DNA of 58,640 nt, from NCBI GenBank assembly GCA_038256525.1, contig JBBSKF010000004.1, forward strand, positions 1 through 58,640. Reading direction: 5' to 3'. A program made the position numbers and the translations under genes. The stretch's first letter is position 1, and each line of letters begins with the position of its first letter. This document shows, piece after piece, positions 9,643-18,773 of the stretch. The notes under the pieces are model-generated. The model saw only the letters and a list, made by a program, of their open reading frames with translations, was not told the origin of the DNA and did not search any database. The stretch is from Mycobacteriales bacterium. GTDB lineage: Bacteria; Actinomycetota; Actinomycetes; Mycobacteriales; SCTD01.

Positions 9643-10577
9643 TGAATCCGGACCTGCTGCTCGCCGTCGGTCTCGGCGGCATCTTCATGTCCGTCGTCAT
9701 CGTGCTGGGCACCGTCGGGGTGATCACCGCCGAACGGGACCAGGTCAGCCGGTCACTGAAGGCGCTGCGCTCCATCGAGGGGCTGCCAGCCGACATGCGG
9801 GCGGAGTACGACCGCCCCTTCAGTGAGCGGGTTCTCAAACCGGGGCGTGGGCGCTTGGTCGCCATCGGCCATCGACTCACTCCCACCGGACGAATCGAGA
9901 AGCTGAGACAGCGACTCGAGGCTGCCGGCAGCCCTCCCGGGTGGGACGTCGAGCGCTTGCTGGCGGTCAAGGTGCTGTCCGCCGTCGTCGGCTTCCTGCT
10001 GGCAATGGTCGTCTACCTGGTCTTCGACGCCTCCCCCCTGGTAGCGATCGGCGCGACGGTGGCGCTGGTGCTCGTCGGCTTCTTCGCCGCGGACCTGGCG
10101 ATCTACCAGAAGGCCTACAACCGGCGTGACCAGGTGCGCAAGGACCTGCCGGACGCCTTGGACTTGCTGACGATCACCGTTGAGGCCGGCTTGGCGTTCG
10201 ACGCGGCGCTCACCCAGGTGTCCCGCAACACCGAGGGGCCGCTGAGCGAGGAGTTCACCCGCGTCCTGCAGGAGATGCAGATCGGCAAGAGCCGGGGCGA
10301 GGCCCTGACTTCCGTGTCCGAGCGTGTCAACATCCCGGAGCTGGCGAGCTTCGTGACTGCCGTGGTGCAGGCCGACGCTCTTGGCATCCCGATCGCCACC
10401 GTGCTGCGCATCCAGGCGAAAGAGATGCGCACCAAGCGCTCTCAGCGCGCCGAAGAATCAGCCATGAAGGTGCCGGTGAAGATCCTGTTTCCGCTGATCT
10501 TCTGCATCATGCCGGCGCTGTTCGTCGTCATCATGGGCCCCGCCGGGATCGGCATCTTCCGTTCCTTCACCGGCTGA
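9642..10577 (+). CDS. tadC: TadC platform protein (T2SS-F family)
   Basis: ATG 9642 overlaps the tadB stop (TGATG). Contains LPDALDLLTITVEAGLAFDAAL and a C-terminal TM pair. Confidence 0.85.
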   Translation: MNPDLLLAVGLGGIFMSVVIVLGTVGVITAERDQVSRSLKALRSIEGLPADMRAEYDRPFSERVLKPGRGRLVAIGHRLTPTGRIEKLRQRLEAAGSPPGWDVERLLAVKVLSAVVGFLLAMVVYLVFDASPLVAIGATVALVLVGFFAADLAIYQKAYNRRDQVRKDLPDALDLLTITVEAGLAFDAALTQVSRNTEGPLSEEFTRVLQEMQIGKSRGEALTSVSERVNIPELASFVTAVVQADALGIPIATVLRIQAKEMRTKRSQRAEESAMKVPVKILFPLIFCIMPALFVVIMGPAGIGIFRSFTG

Positions 10578-10583
10578 CCGCGA

Positions 10584-11585
10584 CTACTCTGCCGTCAGGC
10601 GTCCGTCGACGAGCTGTTCGCCGACGAGGTTGCCGAGCGGGTCGAACCGGCAGTACTCGAACTCCTTGCGGAACTCCATGTGCAGGTCCGAGAGGCCGGT
10701 CCGGTTCTTCTCGACGCTCAGGACCGCCACCTGCCGGAACCGCTCGGCACTGCGAGGGTCATACGCCAGGTGGTGCTTGGCGACGATGTCGTGCTTCTCG
10801 TTGAAGAGCAGGATCACGTCGGCCTCGTAGGCCAGCGCCGAGGATCCGCGCAGCTCGTGCACCCGCAGGCGGTGGCCGGGCGCGATCCCCGCCTGGGTGG
10901 CGGCCACGATCGCGACGACCGGCACCTGCGCCTCGATCGCCAGGTCCTTCAGCGCCTCAACCACCAGCGTGACGCGCTCGTCCTCCCCCAGACTGGAAGC
11001 GACGCTGACCTTCTGCAGGTAGTCGACCACCACGACCGGTGACCGGCCGGCCGAAACCGCCTCCAGCACAAGCTCGCGAATGACCTCCGCGGTCGTATTC
11101 CGGGTGCTGGACGCGTGCACAGACAATCTCTTGCCGTATCTCCGCAGCGCCCCCTGCGCAACGATCATCCCCGGAACCGGCCCCAGGACTCCGCTGAGCC
11201 CGTCGTCCTCCCGCCCGGGCGCAGACTCCTCCAGCCGCGCCCGCAACTGCCGCAGTGTCGGCGCGTTGGCCCCGGCGCTGTCGTACGCCTCCTGCACCAG
11301 CAGGCGCTCGAGAAGGTTGGCCTCGTCCAGCTCGTAGGAGAAGCAGGCGGCATCGCCCCCCGCCGCGGCCACATGACGCAGCAGCTGGAGCGCAAACGTC
11401 GTCTTGCCCAGCCCTTGTGGTCCGCCCACGAGAATGAGCTCGCCTGCGCGGATGCCTCCTGACAAGATCTCGTCGAGCGGTGTGAAGCCGGTGGGCCAGA
11501 CCCTCGCCACGGCGCTCTGTCCGCCGAAGACGCGCTTCTCGGCCATCGTGAAAACGTCGGTCAGGGGCGTGAGGCGTTCCGGCAT
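10584..11585 (-). CDS. RecA-superfamily ATPase, DnaB C-terminal/KaiC-like single domain
   Basis: ATG 11585 (MPERLTPL). Walker A GGPQGLGKTTFALQLL, Walker B VVVVDYLQKV, and VEKNRTG resembling the DnaB C-terminal motif. No N-terminal helicase domain. Confidence 0.7.
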   Translation of the reverse strand: MPERLTPLTDVFTMAEKRVFGGQSAVARVWPTGFTPLDEILSGGIRAGELILVGGPQGLGKTTFALQLLRHVAAAGGDAACFSYELDEANLLERLLVQEAYDSAGANAPTLRQLRARLEESAPGREDDGLSGVLGPVPGMIVAQGALRRYGKRLSVHASSTRNTTAEVIRELVLEAVSAGRSPVVVVDYLQKVSVASSLGEDERVTLVVEALKDLAIEAQVPVVAIVAATQAGIAPGHRLRVHELRGSSALAYEADVILLFNEKHDIVAKHHLAYDPRSAERFRQVAVLSVEKNRTGLSDLHMEFRKEFEYCRFDPLGNLVGEQLVDGRLTAE

Positions 11586-11656
11586 GGGCCCATCGAAGCA
11601 CCCGAGCATGCCCCGCGGCGTTTGTCCGACGTCGGCGGGTGTGCGACGGTCGCCCG

Positions 11657-13339
11657 ATGAGGGCGGCGTACGACGACCTGCGCCAGTCGGCAAGCAAGGT
11701 CGGGCTCGTCGCCCGCGGGGTCCTCCTGGTGCTGTGCGCCTCGCTCGCCGCAGCCAAGACGACGCCGGGCGACCTGCTCTGGCTGACAGCCCTGGTGCCG
11801 GTCGCCGTCCTGGCGGCCCTGCCCAAGCGCAGCCGGTTGGGAACCCTCATAGCGCTGGCTCTGGAGAGCAGCGCGTGCGGGATCGCCGTCCTCGGCACCG
11901 GCTCGGAGAGCAGCGTCTTCCTGCCCTACCTGCTTGCTCCCGCCTTCTGCGGCGCCCTTCTGGTCGGGGTCAAGGGCGCTGTGGTCCCGCCCGGTGCGGC
12001 CGCGTTCACCCTGCTGCTCGGCCGGGCCGTCCGCAGCGACGTCACCCCGCTGCGGGACTTCACCGCCGAAACCGCCCTGTGGGTGCTGCTCAGTGCCTTC
12101 GTCGGCCTCGTCACCGCCTGGGTCAGCCACCTGGCCGTGACTGCCGCCCAGACGGACCCGCAGGCCGCGCAGAAGGCGGCGTACGACCTGCTGAGCCGGC
12201 TGCGCACCGTCGCCCGGCGGCTGCCCGGCACCCTGGATCCGACCTCGACAGCGGAGGCCCTCCTGCGATCGGTGCGCGACCTGGCGCCGTACAGCGAAGG
12301 CGCCGTGTTGGTGCGCTCCTCAGGCTCCCGGCTGGTGCCGCTGGCCCGGGCCGGTGCGGAGCGGCCGGAGTGGGACCTGGCGCTGTCCGGCGACAGCTCC
12401 GTCGCCGAGGCCTGGGCCACCCAGGAGCCGCAGGTCCGTGATCGGCGGCTGCGCCGCACCGAGGGTGCCCCTCCCGCCGGGTCGTCGCTCGTCGTTCCCC
12501 TGGCTCTGGGCCTGCGCACCCTCGGCCTGCTCGTGCTCGAGAGCGATCGGCCGCGGGTGTGGTCAGCGGCGACGGCCGCAGAGATCGCCGGCCAGGCCGG
12601 TGACGTCGCGCTGCAGCTCGAGAGCGGGCTGCTTTTTGACGAGGTACGCACCCTCGCCACGATGGAGGAACGCAACCGGGTCGCGCGAGAGATCCACGAC
12701 GGGATCGCGCAAGAACTGGTGTTCCTGGGTTACGCGCTGGACAACCTTGTCGTTGAGGCAGGTGGGCCGCAGCCGCGCCTGGAAGGCCAGCTGCGAGGGT
12801 TGCGTGACGAGGTCACCCGCCTGGTCAGCGAGCTGCGCCTGTCGCTGTTCGACCTGCGCTCAGACGTCGACACCAACGCCGGGCTGGGGACGGCGCTCAG
12901 CGACTACGTCCGGACCGTCGGCACCCAGACCGGGCTGACCGTGCACCTGAGTCTCACCGAATCGGCCATCCGGCTGCCGTCCTCCATCGAGGTCGAGCTG
13001 CTCCGGATCGCGCAGGAAGCCGTGGCCAACGTGCGCAAGCATGCGCGGGCGAGCAACCTCTGGGTCACCTGCGTCGTGGAGCCACCGCAGGCATCGATCA
13101 CCGTCGAGGACGACGGCATCGGAATGAGCGGTGAGACGCGGTCCGGCAGCTACGGCCTCACCATCATGCGCGAACGCGCGGACCGGTTACAGGCGCGGCT
13201 TCGAGTGCAGCCGACCAAGTCTGGCGGGACCCGGGTCGAGGTGCTCCTTGGTAGCGTCGGAAGTCTCCCCAGGCTCGATGTCGGGGACGAGGAACGGGGG
13301 GCCGCACGCGATGCCGACGACGGTGCTGCTCGTCGATGA
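11657..13339 (+). CDS. Membrane sensor histidine kinase (TM region + GAF-like + HisKA_3 + HATPase_c)
   Basis: N-terminal TM helices. H-box ERNRVAREIHDGIAQEL (HisKA_3, NarX/DesK class). C-terminal DDGIGM ATPase motif. Divergent from the KaiC-like gene across a ~71 bp spacer. Confidence 0.85.
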   Translation: MRAAYDDLRQSASKVGLVARGVLLVLCASLAAAKTTPGDLLWLTALVPVAVLAALPKRSRLGTLIALALESSACGIAVLGTGSESSVFLPYLLAPAFCGALLVGVKGAVVPPGAAAFTLLLGRAVRSDVTPLRDFTAETALWVLLSAFVGLVTAWVSHLAVTAAQTDPQAAQKAAYDLLSRLRTVARRLPGTLDPTSTAEALLRSVRDLAPYSEGAVLVRSSGSRLVPLARAGAERPEWDLALSGDSSVAEAWATQEPQVRDRRLRRTEGAPPAGSSLVVPLALGLRTLGLLVLESDRPRVWSAATAAEIAGQAGDVALQLESGLLFDEVRTLATMEERNRVAREIHDGIAQELVFLGYALDNLVVEAGGPQPRLEGQLRGLRDEVTRLVSELRLSLFDLRSDVDTNAGLGTALSDYVRTVGTQTGLTVHLSLTESAIRLPSSIEVELLRIAQEAVANVRKHARASNLWVTCVVEPPQASITVEDDGIGMSGETRSGSYGLTIMRERADRLQARLRVQPTKSGGTRVEVLLGSVGSLPRLDVGDEERGAARDADDGAARR

Positions 13340-13958
13340 CCACGATCTCATCCGCCAGGGGCTGCGCCGCAGCTTCGAACTCGATTCCGCCTTCGAGGTG
13401 GTCGGCGAGGCGGGCTCGGTAGCGGCGGCCCTGGACCTGGCTGACTCCCTCACGCCGGATGTGGTCGTCATGGACATCCGGTTGCCGGACGGGAGCGGCA
13501 TCGACGCCACAGCCACGCTCCGCGGCCGGCACGCCACTATGGGTATCGTCGTCCTGACGATGTACGCAGGGGACGACCACCTCATGGGCGCGCTGGAAGC
13601 CGGCGCTTCGGCCTTCGTGCCCAAGAACGCGCCGGCAGCAGAGGTGTTGGCCGCGGCCAAGCATGCCGCCGCCTCACCGTCGGCCTTCGCGGCAGCCGAC
13701 CTCGCCGGGGCTATGCGCCGCCGGATGGCGACGGACCGGATCAAGCTGACCGACCGGGAGATGCAAGTCCTGACGCTGCTGGCCGACGGTCTCAACGTGG
13801 CCGCGTTGGCGAAGGCGCTGTTCATCAGCGAATCGACGGCCAAAAGCCACATCGCCAAGATCTACGAGAAGCTCGGGGCGGCCAATCGCACGCAGGCGCT
13901 GATGACCGCCCTGCGGCTGGGTGTGCTGCCAGGAAGCGCTGAGACGCCCACGGTCTGA
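13311..13958 (+). CDS. Response regulator, NarL/LuxR family
   Basis: ATG 13311 (MPTTVLLVDDHDLIRQGL). REC domain with VVVMDIRLPDGSG. C-terminal LuxR HTH (LTDREMQVLTLLADGLNVAALAKALFISESTAKSHI). Overlaps the kinase 3' end by 29 nt. Confidence 0.9.
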   Translation: MPTTVLLVDDHDLIRQGLRRSFELDSAFEVVGEAGSVAAALDLADSLTPDVVVMDIRLPDGSGIDATATLRGRHATMGIVVLTMYAGDDHLMGALEAGASAFVPKNAPAAEVLAAAKHAAASPSAFAAADLAGAMRRRMATDRIKLTDREMQVLTLLADGLNVAALAKALFISESTAKSHIAKIYEKLGAANRTQALMTALRLGVLPGSAETPTV

Positions 13959-14100
13959 GGCAGCTCCCTACTCCCGCTGGCCCCCGACGTCAATAGGTTG
14001 ATCAGCCCAAATCCGAGGTCGTCCCGGCCGATATCCCGAGCGGTAACGCTGGGTCATCATCTACCCAGAACCCGACGCCGTCGGGGCCTAGTCACCGACA

Positions 14101-14118
14101 CCTCACCCTGCGGTGAGG
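14101..14118 (+). promoter_or_regulatory. Short 5'-leader hairpin upstream of flp1
   Basis: cctcacc-ctgc-ggtgagg, a perfect 7-bp stem, located 28 nt upstream of the flp1 ATG and just before the GGGAGGA RBS. Confidence 0.3.
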
Positions 14119-14145
14119 GTCAATACTGTCTCGGGAGGACACGTC

Positions 14146-14352
14146 ATGCTCGCTTCGATCCGCAAGCACTTGGTCACGCAGAAGAACAACGACGAGGGCG
14201 CGTCGGCGGTCGAGTACGGCCTGCTCGTCGCCGCCATCGCTGCCATCATCATCCTGCTCGTCTTCGCGCTTGGCGGTTTCGTCAAGGACGCCTTCCAGAC
14301 AACTTGTGATGCGTTTGACGATAACTCTACCTCTACAGCTGTTTGTCCATAA
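14146..14352 (+). CDS. flp: Flp/Fap family type IVb (Tad) prepilin 1
   Basis: ATG 14146 after GGGAGGA. Leader MLASIRKHLVTQKNNDEG, then the ASAVEYGLLVAAIAAIIILLV Flp processing motif and hydrophobic core. C-terminus is C-x12-C. Confidence 0.85.
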   Translation: MLASIRKHLVTQKNNDEGASAVEYGLLVAAIAAIIILLVFALGGFVKDAFQTTCDAFDDNSTSTAVCP

Positions 14353-14378
14353 GTCGTCGCTCGCGGAGAACGGTTTCT

Positions 14379-14567
14379 ATGGGTATGGCTGAAGCCCGCG
14401 ACCTAGGCGCCTCAGCCGTCGAGTATAGTCTTCTCGTCACCGGCATAGCGGCGATCGTCATTCTCGTGGTTTTTTCACTTGGGGGCTTCGTTGCGGACAT
14501 GTTTCGGGATACCTGCCGAACGATAGACATAGCGACCACAATCACGGGCGCGAGTTGCGGCCCATAG
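14379..14567 (+). CDS. flp: Flp/Fap family prepilin 2
   Basis: MGMAEARDLG followed by ASAVEYSLLVTGIAAIVILVV. C-terminus is C-x13-C. Start ATG 14379 (alternative 14385). Confidence 0.75.
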   Translation: MGMAEARDLGASAVEYSLLVTGIAAIVILVVFSLGGFVADMFRDTCRTIDIATTITGASCGP

Positions 14568-14588
14568 CGGCGGGCTAGGATGGGATGG

Positions 14589-14630
14589 GGGACCGAGACC
14601 TCAAAAGGTCTTGGTCCCTCTTCTTGTTTG
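14589..14630 (+). terminator. Intrinsic terminator/attenuator after the flp genes
   Basis: gggaccgagacc-tcaaaa-ggtcttggtccc: a 12-bp stem with one G-U pair, followed by the T-rich tract tcttcttgtttg. Confidence 0.6.
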
Positions 14631-14688
14631 CCCTAGGCGCGCCGCGGCCCTTCGACGCCTCGCGGGAAGCAAACCTTTGACCAATGTG

Positions 14689-16572
14689 ATGACGGGCCCA
14701 ACTCGATCAACTGCGCCGGAGCGGCAGCGGGCACAATACGAGCTTCCGCGGTCTATCGCCCGAGTTGCGGTCATTGTAGGCCTTCTCATGATAGCCCTCG
14801 ACCTAAATGCGGGCGCAGTGACTCTGGCTCTGGGCCTTCTCTCTCTGCTCCTTCCTGTTACGACTCGCATCTCCGGAGTGATGCTCGCGTTTCCGGTGCT
14901 ATTCGGAATCGTGACATGTGTGTTGACTATCACGTCCCTGCTCGGTGTATTTGTGAGTGCTCGCGTATTCTTTGCAATTCTCTTGGTCACTTTCGCGATT
15001 CTCTGCGAACTGCGCTCGCCAGTAATGCCACGAACGCTATTCTCCACGTGTGACCTATGGGCGCTAGCTACGGCTGGCCTAATTTTTTTGGTTTTTTACT
15101 GGCCCTTCATCGGCAAGTCGACCGGTCAAACCCTAGCCTTGCTTTCGCAAACTACGGATGCGGGCACTCATCTATCAATAGCTCGGGCGGTGATGCGCGA
15201 AGGCGGCTATGTGACGCTTGTGCCAGGCGCAAGCGAGTCCCTGCTCGGAGGTTCTCAAGGCTATCCCCCGGGGCTGTCCGGGAACCTCGGGACGCTGATG
15301 CAGATGTTCGCGGGGCCAGACCCCACGATCTCCAATTTTGTCGGTGCATCTACGCCGCTTCTTATTGGCTCCTACGCCATGCTTTCATGGTTGGCGACAT
15401 GGCTAGCGCTGCATCTTGTGGGTGCCGTTACTGGCCGATTAACTACACTCTCAGCCCTTAGCACAGCCACAGCTAGCGGGCTGTCCTTCACCCTCGGCTA
15501 CGCCGTGCTGTTGATTCGAGGCGCATCGTATGCGCAAATAGCTGCGACGGCACTCACCCTAGCCTTTCTTACTGTTGTTGTCATGAACCGTGCCGACGCA
15601 AGGCTTAGTGTAACGTTAGCTTTATCAGCATTGTCGGTAGGAGTAGCACATTCTTGGTATCTGCTAACTCCGCTGCTCGCAATACCTTGGATTGTGCATC
15701 TAAGTAGAAACCGCTACCGACGGAAAGCACGACTGGCCCTTCTTACCGCAATTCTCCCATTCCTTCTCTTTCCTCTGATACAGGGGCCTGACCCGATCAA
15801 GCAGGTTGGCATGGCAGGGTATGCAGCCGTGCCGTCAGTGACTGGACTTCTGATTGTCTTAGCCTTGGCAACGTGGTCGATGTACTTTCTTATCGCGAGA
15901 CAGAAGGGGGCCCGATTCGACCGATTATTGTTAGTGTCGTCACTAATTTCCGCTTTAGTATTGTTGATTGGTGTCGGTCTGCTACAGGTCCGTACCGGCG
16001 GCCAGGTTTCGTACTATTCTGCGAAGCTCTTCTATAGCTTCTTAGTTTTTGTTGCAGTGGCGGGGTCTGCGGCCACCGGCATACTTTTTCGCCACCGATC
16101 CATTAGTTACTTGCAACTGCATCCCGCCATGCGTCTCGGCGCGGCGTGCCTTTCCCTCTTTCCACTCGCCGGTGCGGCCTCCGGCATCTTGACGATGCCG
16201 TCCATGATTGCCCCGTTCCTTCGAGGCGAGTCGGCGACGCAAAATAGTAGCCTCTTGCAGGCAGCTTTTGACGCGCATCCTCGTGGGATCCCGCAGGACA
16301 GCGACGTATGGATCGTTGATGGTTGTGGCCGAGGGGCCAACAACATCTCAAACAAGTGGCTGTACGATCTCTCCCTGGGTTGGAACTCGGATCGCGAACG
16401 AGCGATTGTGGAGTTTATCAATCGGCGAAACGACGACTGGAGTCCGGTTCTTCGTCGTGCGTCAGACCCGAAGGTTCGAGCGATCACGTTGTATGTTGGT
16501 AAACCGTGCAGAGGCGACGGAATCTCCGAGATTCTCAACGAGCCCAAGGTGCGGGTTGTGAACGTGTCCTGA
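14689..16572 (+). CDS. Large polytopic membrane protein, candidate GT-C-type glycosyltransferase
   Basis: ~627 aa with many TM segments along most of its length and a ~110-aa C-terminal soluble domain. Start ATG 14689 (GTG 14686 possible), chosen downstream of the terminator hairpin. The family assignment is inferred from architecture and context only. Confidence 0.55.
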   Translation: MTGPTRSTAPERQRAQYELPRSIARVAVIVGLLMIALDLNAGAVTLALGLLSLLLPVTTRISGVMLAFPVLFGIVTCVLTITSLLGVFVSARVFFAILLVTFAILCELRSPVMPRTLFSTCDLWALATAGLIFLVFYWPFIGKSTGQTLALLSQTTDAGTHLSIARAVMREGGYVTLVPGASESLLGGSQGYPPGLSGNLGTLMQMFAGPDPTISNFVGASTPLLIGSYAMLSWLATWLALHLVGAVTGRLTTLSALSTATASGLSFTLGYAVLLIRGASYAQIAATALTLAFLTVVVMNRADARLSVTLALSALSVGVAHSWYLLTPLLAIPWIVHLSRNRYRRKARLALLTAILPFLLFPLIQGPDPIKQVGMAGYAAVPSVTGLLIVLALATWSMYFLIARQKGARFDRLLLVSSLISALVLLIGVGLLQVRTGGQVSYYSAKLFYSFLVFVAVAGSAATGILFRHRSISYLQLHPAMRLGAACLSLFPLAGAASGILTMPSMIAPFLRGESATQNSSLLQAAFDAHPRGIPQDSDVWIVDGCGRGANNISNKWLYDLSLGWNSDRERAIVEFINRRNDDWSPVLRRASDPKVRAITLYVGKPCRGDGISEILNEPKVRVVNVS

Positions 16573-16885
16573 TCGCTGTGACCGTATCTTGTCACCGCTC
16601 ACTGATAGTTGGCCCTACTCTCGATGCCGGGCGTGCCGACCGGTCCGGGTCGCCAGAACGGCTGCCGGCAAGACATGCTCAGGCAGTTCGACCTGGACTT
16701 CGAATCTGCGCTTCGATTCGCGGCCGACTTCGAGCTCAGTCCCCACGGACGGCCTTCCCTCCTCGGCGACATGCCGGCTCCCTCTCGAGTTTGAAGTGCC
16801 GTCTCCGGCTCAGGCGCGAGCAGGATCGTGCGATCCTCCACTGGGCGGCAGAGGGCCGCGAAGCGGTGCCGGTAAGGAGACGCTC

Positions 16886-17503
16886 GTGACTGAGGACCAC
16901 GGCTACGCGCAGCGCCTGCAACGACTGGAGTCGGTCTGGTGGAAACGCTCGCTCCATGTCCAGGGACCGTATCGATTCAATGTCAGGCGCCTCTGTCAGG
17001 GTCGTGTCCTCGACGTCGGGTGCGGGGTGGGCCGCAACCTGTCCCACCTGAGCGGGCGCGGTGTCGGCGTCGACCACAACGCCACGGCCGTGTCGCTCGC
17101 GCGAAAGCGTAGCCTGACGGCATTCACCCCCGAAGAGTTCGGCAAGCGTGCTCTGCTGGGTTCATTCGACACCTTGCTGGTTGCTCATGTGCTCGAGCAC
17201 CTCGATGCGGTCGACGGCGAGGCCCTGCTGCGTACCTACCTGCCCTACCTGCGAACTGGCGGCCGAGTCGTCCTGATCACGCCCCAGGAGCGGGGCTGGC
17301 ACAGCGACGAAACGCACGTCCGGTGGATCGGGCCAGCGGAGCTGCGGAGTGTCGGTAAGCGGCTCTTGCTCCAGGAGCATCGCCTCCTGTCTTTCCCGTT
17401 CCCCCAATGGATGGGAAGATTCTTCACTTACAACGAGTTCATTTTCGTCGCAACAGCGCTGCCAAGCGGAACACCGGAGCCCGCCTCTAACGTTCGTGGC
17501 TGA
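16886..17503 (+). CDS. Class I SAM-dependent methyltransferase
   Basis: GTG 16886 after AAGGAGA. Motif I VLDVGCGVGRNL, plus FDTLLVAHVLEHL. Confidence 0.75.
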   Translation: MTEDHGYAQRLQRLESVWWKRSLHVQGPYRFNVRRLCQGRVLDVGCGVGRNLSHLSGRGVGVDHNATAVSLARKRSLTAFTPEEFGKRALLGSFDTLLVAHVLEHLDAVDGEALLRTYLPYLRTGGRVVLITPQERGWHSDETHVRWIGPAELRSVGKRLLLQEHRLLSFPFPQWMGRFFTYNEFIFVATALPSGTPEPASNVRG

Positions 17504-18773
17504 CTTTCCGGAGCGAGGGCGGCGCCTCCCCGCCGGCGCATTACCAGTGGGTGCCGGCCTTTCGATCCTCGGCGTCACGACGTTCATCTACCTGGCCCTT
17601 GCTGGGCGCGCACTCGGACCGGAGCAGTTTGGCATTTTCGCCGCCTTCTGGATGCTCTTGTACACGGTTGGTCCCGGAACCTTTCTTCCCCTAGAGCAAG
17701 AACTCGCGCGGACGGTGTCGACGCAGCAGGCGGTTGCAGTCGGGTCCCGGGACGTCACCCGTCAGGCCGGCATCGTTGCCCTCTGGATGACGCTCGCCCT
17801 CGTGCTTCTGATGACCGCGGCGGGCCCCTTCGTCGCGCGACAGCTCCTCGGGGGCGCGACCGGGCTCCTCCTTGCTCTCCAGGCTGGCGTAGCTGCCATG
17901 GCTGTCTCCTATTTGGCGAGAGGGCTCCTGGCCGGACTGCAGTCCTGGGGTCACTACGGTTCGCAACTCGCTCTTGATGGGGCTCTACGCCTGCTCGCCG
18001 TGATTCTGCTTATTGGGAAGGGCAGCGAGGCACCGACCTCGTACGCCGTCCCGCTTGTCGCCGCGCTGGCCATCTCGTCGGCAGTCACAGTGTTCGGGCC
18101 CCTGCGCAGGCTCAAGCGCGGTCCGCGAACCAATTGGCGAGACCTCGCGGGCGCCCTGGGTTGGCTGCTTATCGGCTCGCTCGCTGGACTGTTCCTGCTC
18201 AATGCGGCTCCGCTCGCGGCCCAGTACCTAGCTGACGCTGGGGAGCGCGCCGCCGCTGGCAACTTCGTCGCCGCGCTCGTGGTGGCGCGGGTGCCGCTTT
18301 TCCTGTTCGCCGCCGTGCAGGCGGTCCTGCTACCGGCATTAGCCGGTTACGTCGCTGTCGGACGGAGAGGACCATTTGTGAGGGCCCTGTTCGGCCTCAG
18401 CTTCGGTGTGGCCGCCCTCGGGATCCTCATGGTGTCGTTGGCCGCGCTGGGAGGCCTGGAGCTGCTTAAGCTCGTCTTTGGGGATGCGTACCGGACCGAC
18501 CGGCTGGACCTGGTGTTGCTCACAGCGTCGACGGCAGGATTCATGCTGACTACTGTTCTGAGCCAGGCGTTGATCGCGCTTAGGGGTTTCGGTTCAGCTG
18601 CAGCAGGACCGGTCGTAGGTGTCGTGATCTTCGTTGCGGGATGCGTCGCGTCCGACGAGCCCCTGTCCCGGCGCGTGTCAATAGCCCTGACAGTCGCCGT
18701 GTTGGGATCGGGACTGGTCCTCGGCCTGCTACTCCTGCGCCAGGTAAGGCGCTGGGGGCTGCGAGATGCCTGA
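17496..18773 (+). CDS. Polysaccharide/oligosaccharide flippase-like membrane protein (MOP/Wzx-type)
   Basis: ~425 aa with ~12 TM-like segments. GTG 17496 overlaps the methyltransferase stop. Sits between a methyltransferase and a GT2. Confidence 0.6.
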   Translation: MADFPERGRRLPAGALPVGAGLSILGVTTFIYLALAGRALGPEQFGIFAAFWMLLYTVGPGTFLPLEQELARTVSTQQAVAVGSRDVTRQAGIVALWMTLALVLLMTAAGPFVARQLLGGATGLLLALQAGVAAMAVSYLARGLLAGLQSWGHYGSQLALDGALRLLAVILLIGKGSEAPTSYAVPLVAALAISSAVTVFGPLRRLKRGPRTNWRDLAGALGWLLIGSLAGLFLLNAAPLAAQYLADAGERAAAGNFVAALVVARVPLFLFAAVQAVLLPALAGYVAVGRRGPFVRALFGLSFGVAALGILMVSLAALGGLELLKLVFGDAYRTDRLDLVLLTASTAGFMLTTVLSQALIALRGFGSAAAGPVVGVVIFVAGCVASDEPLSRRVSIALTVAVLGSGLVLGLLLLRQVRRWGLRDA

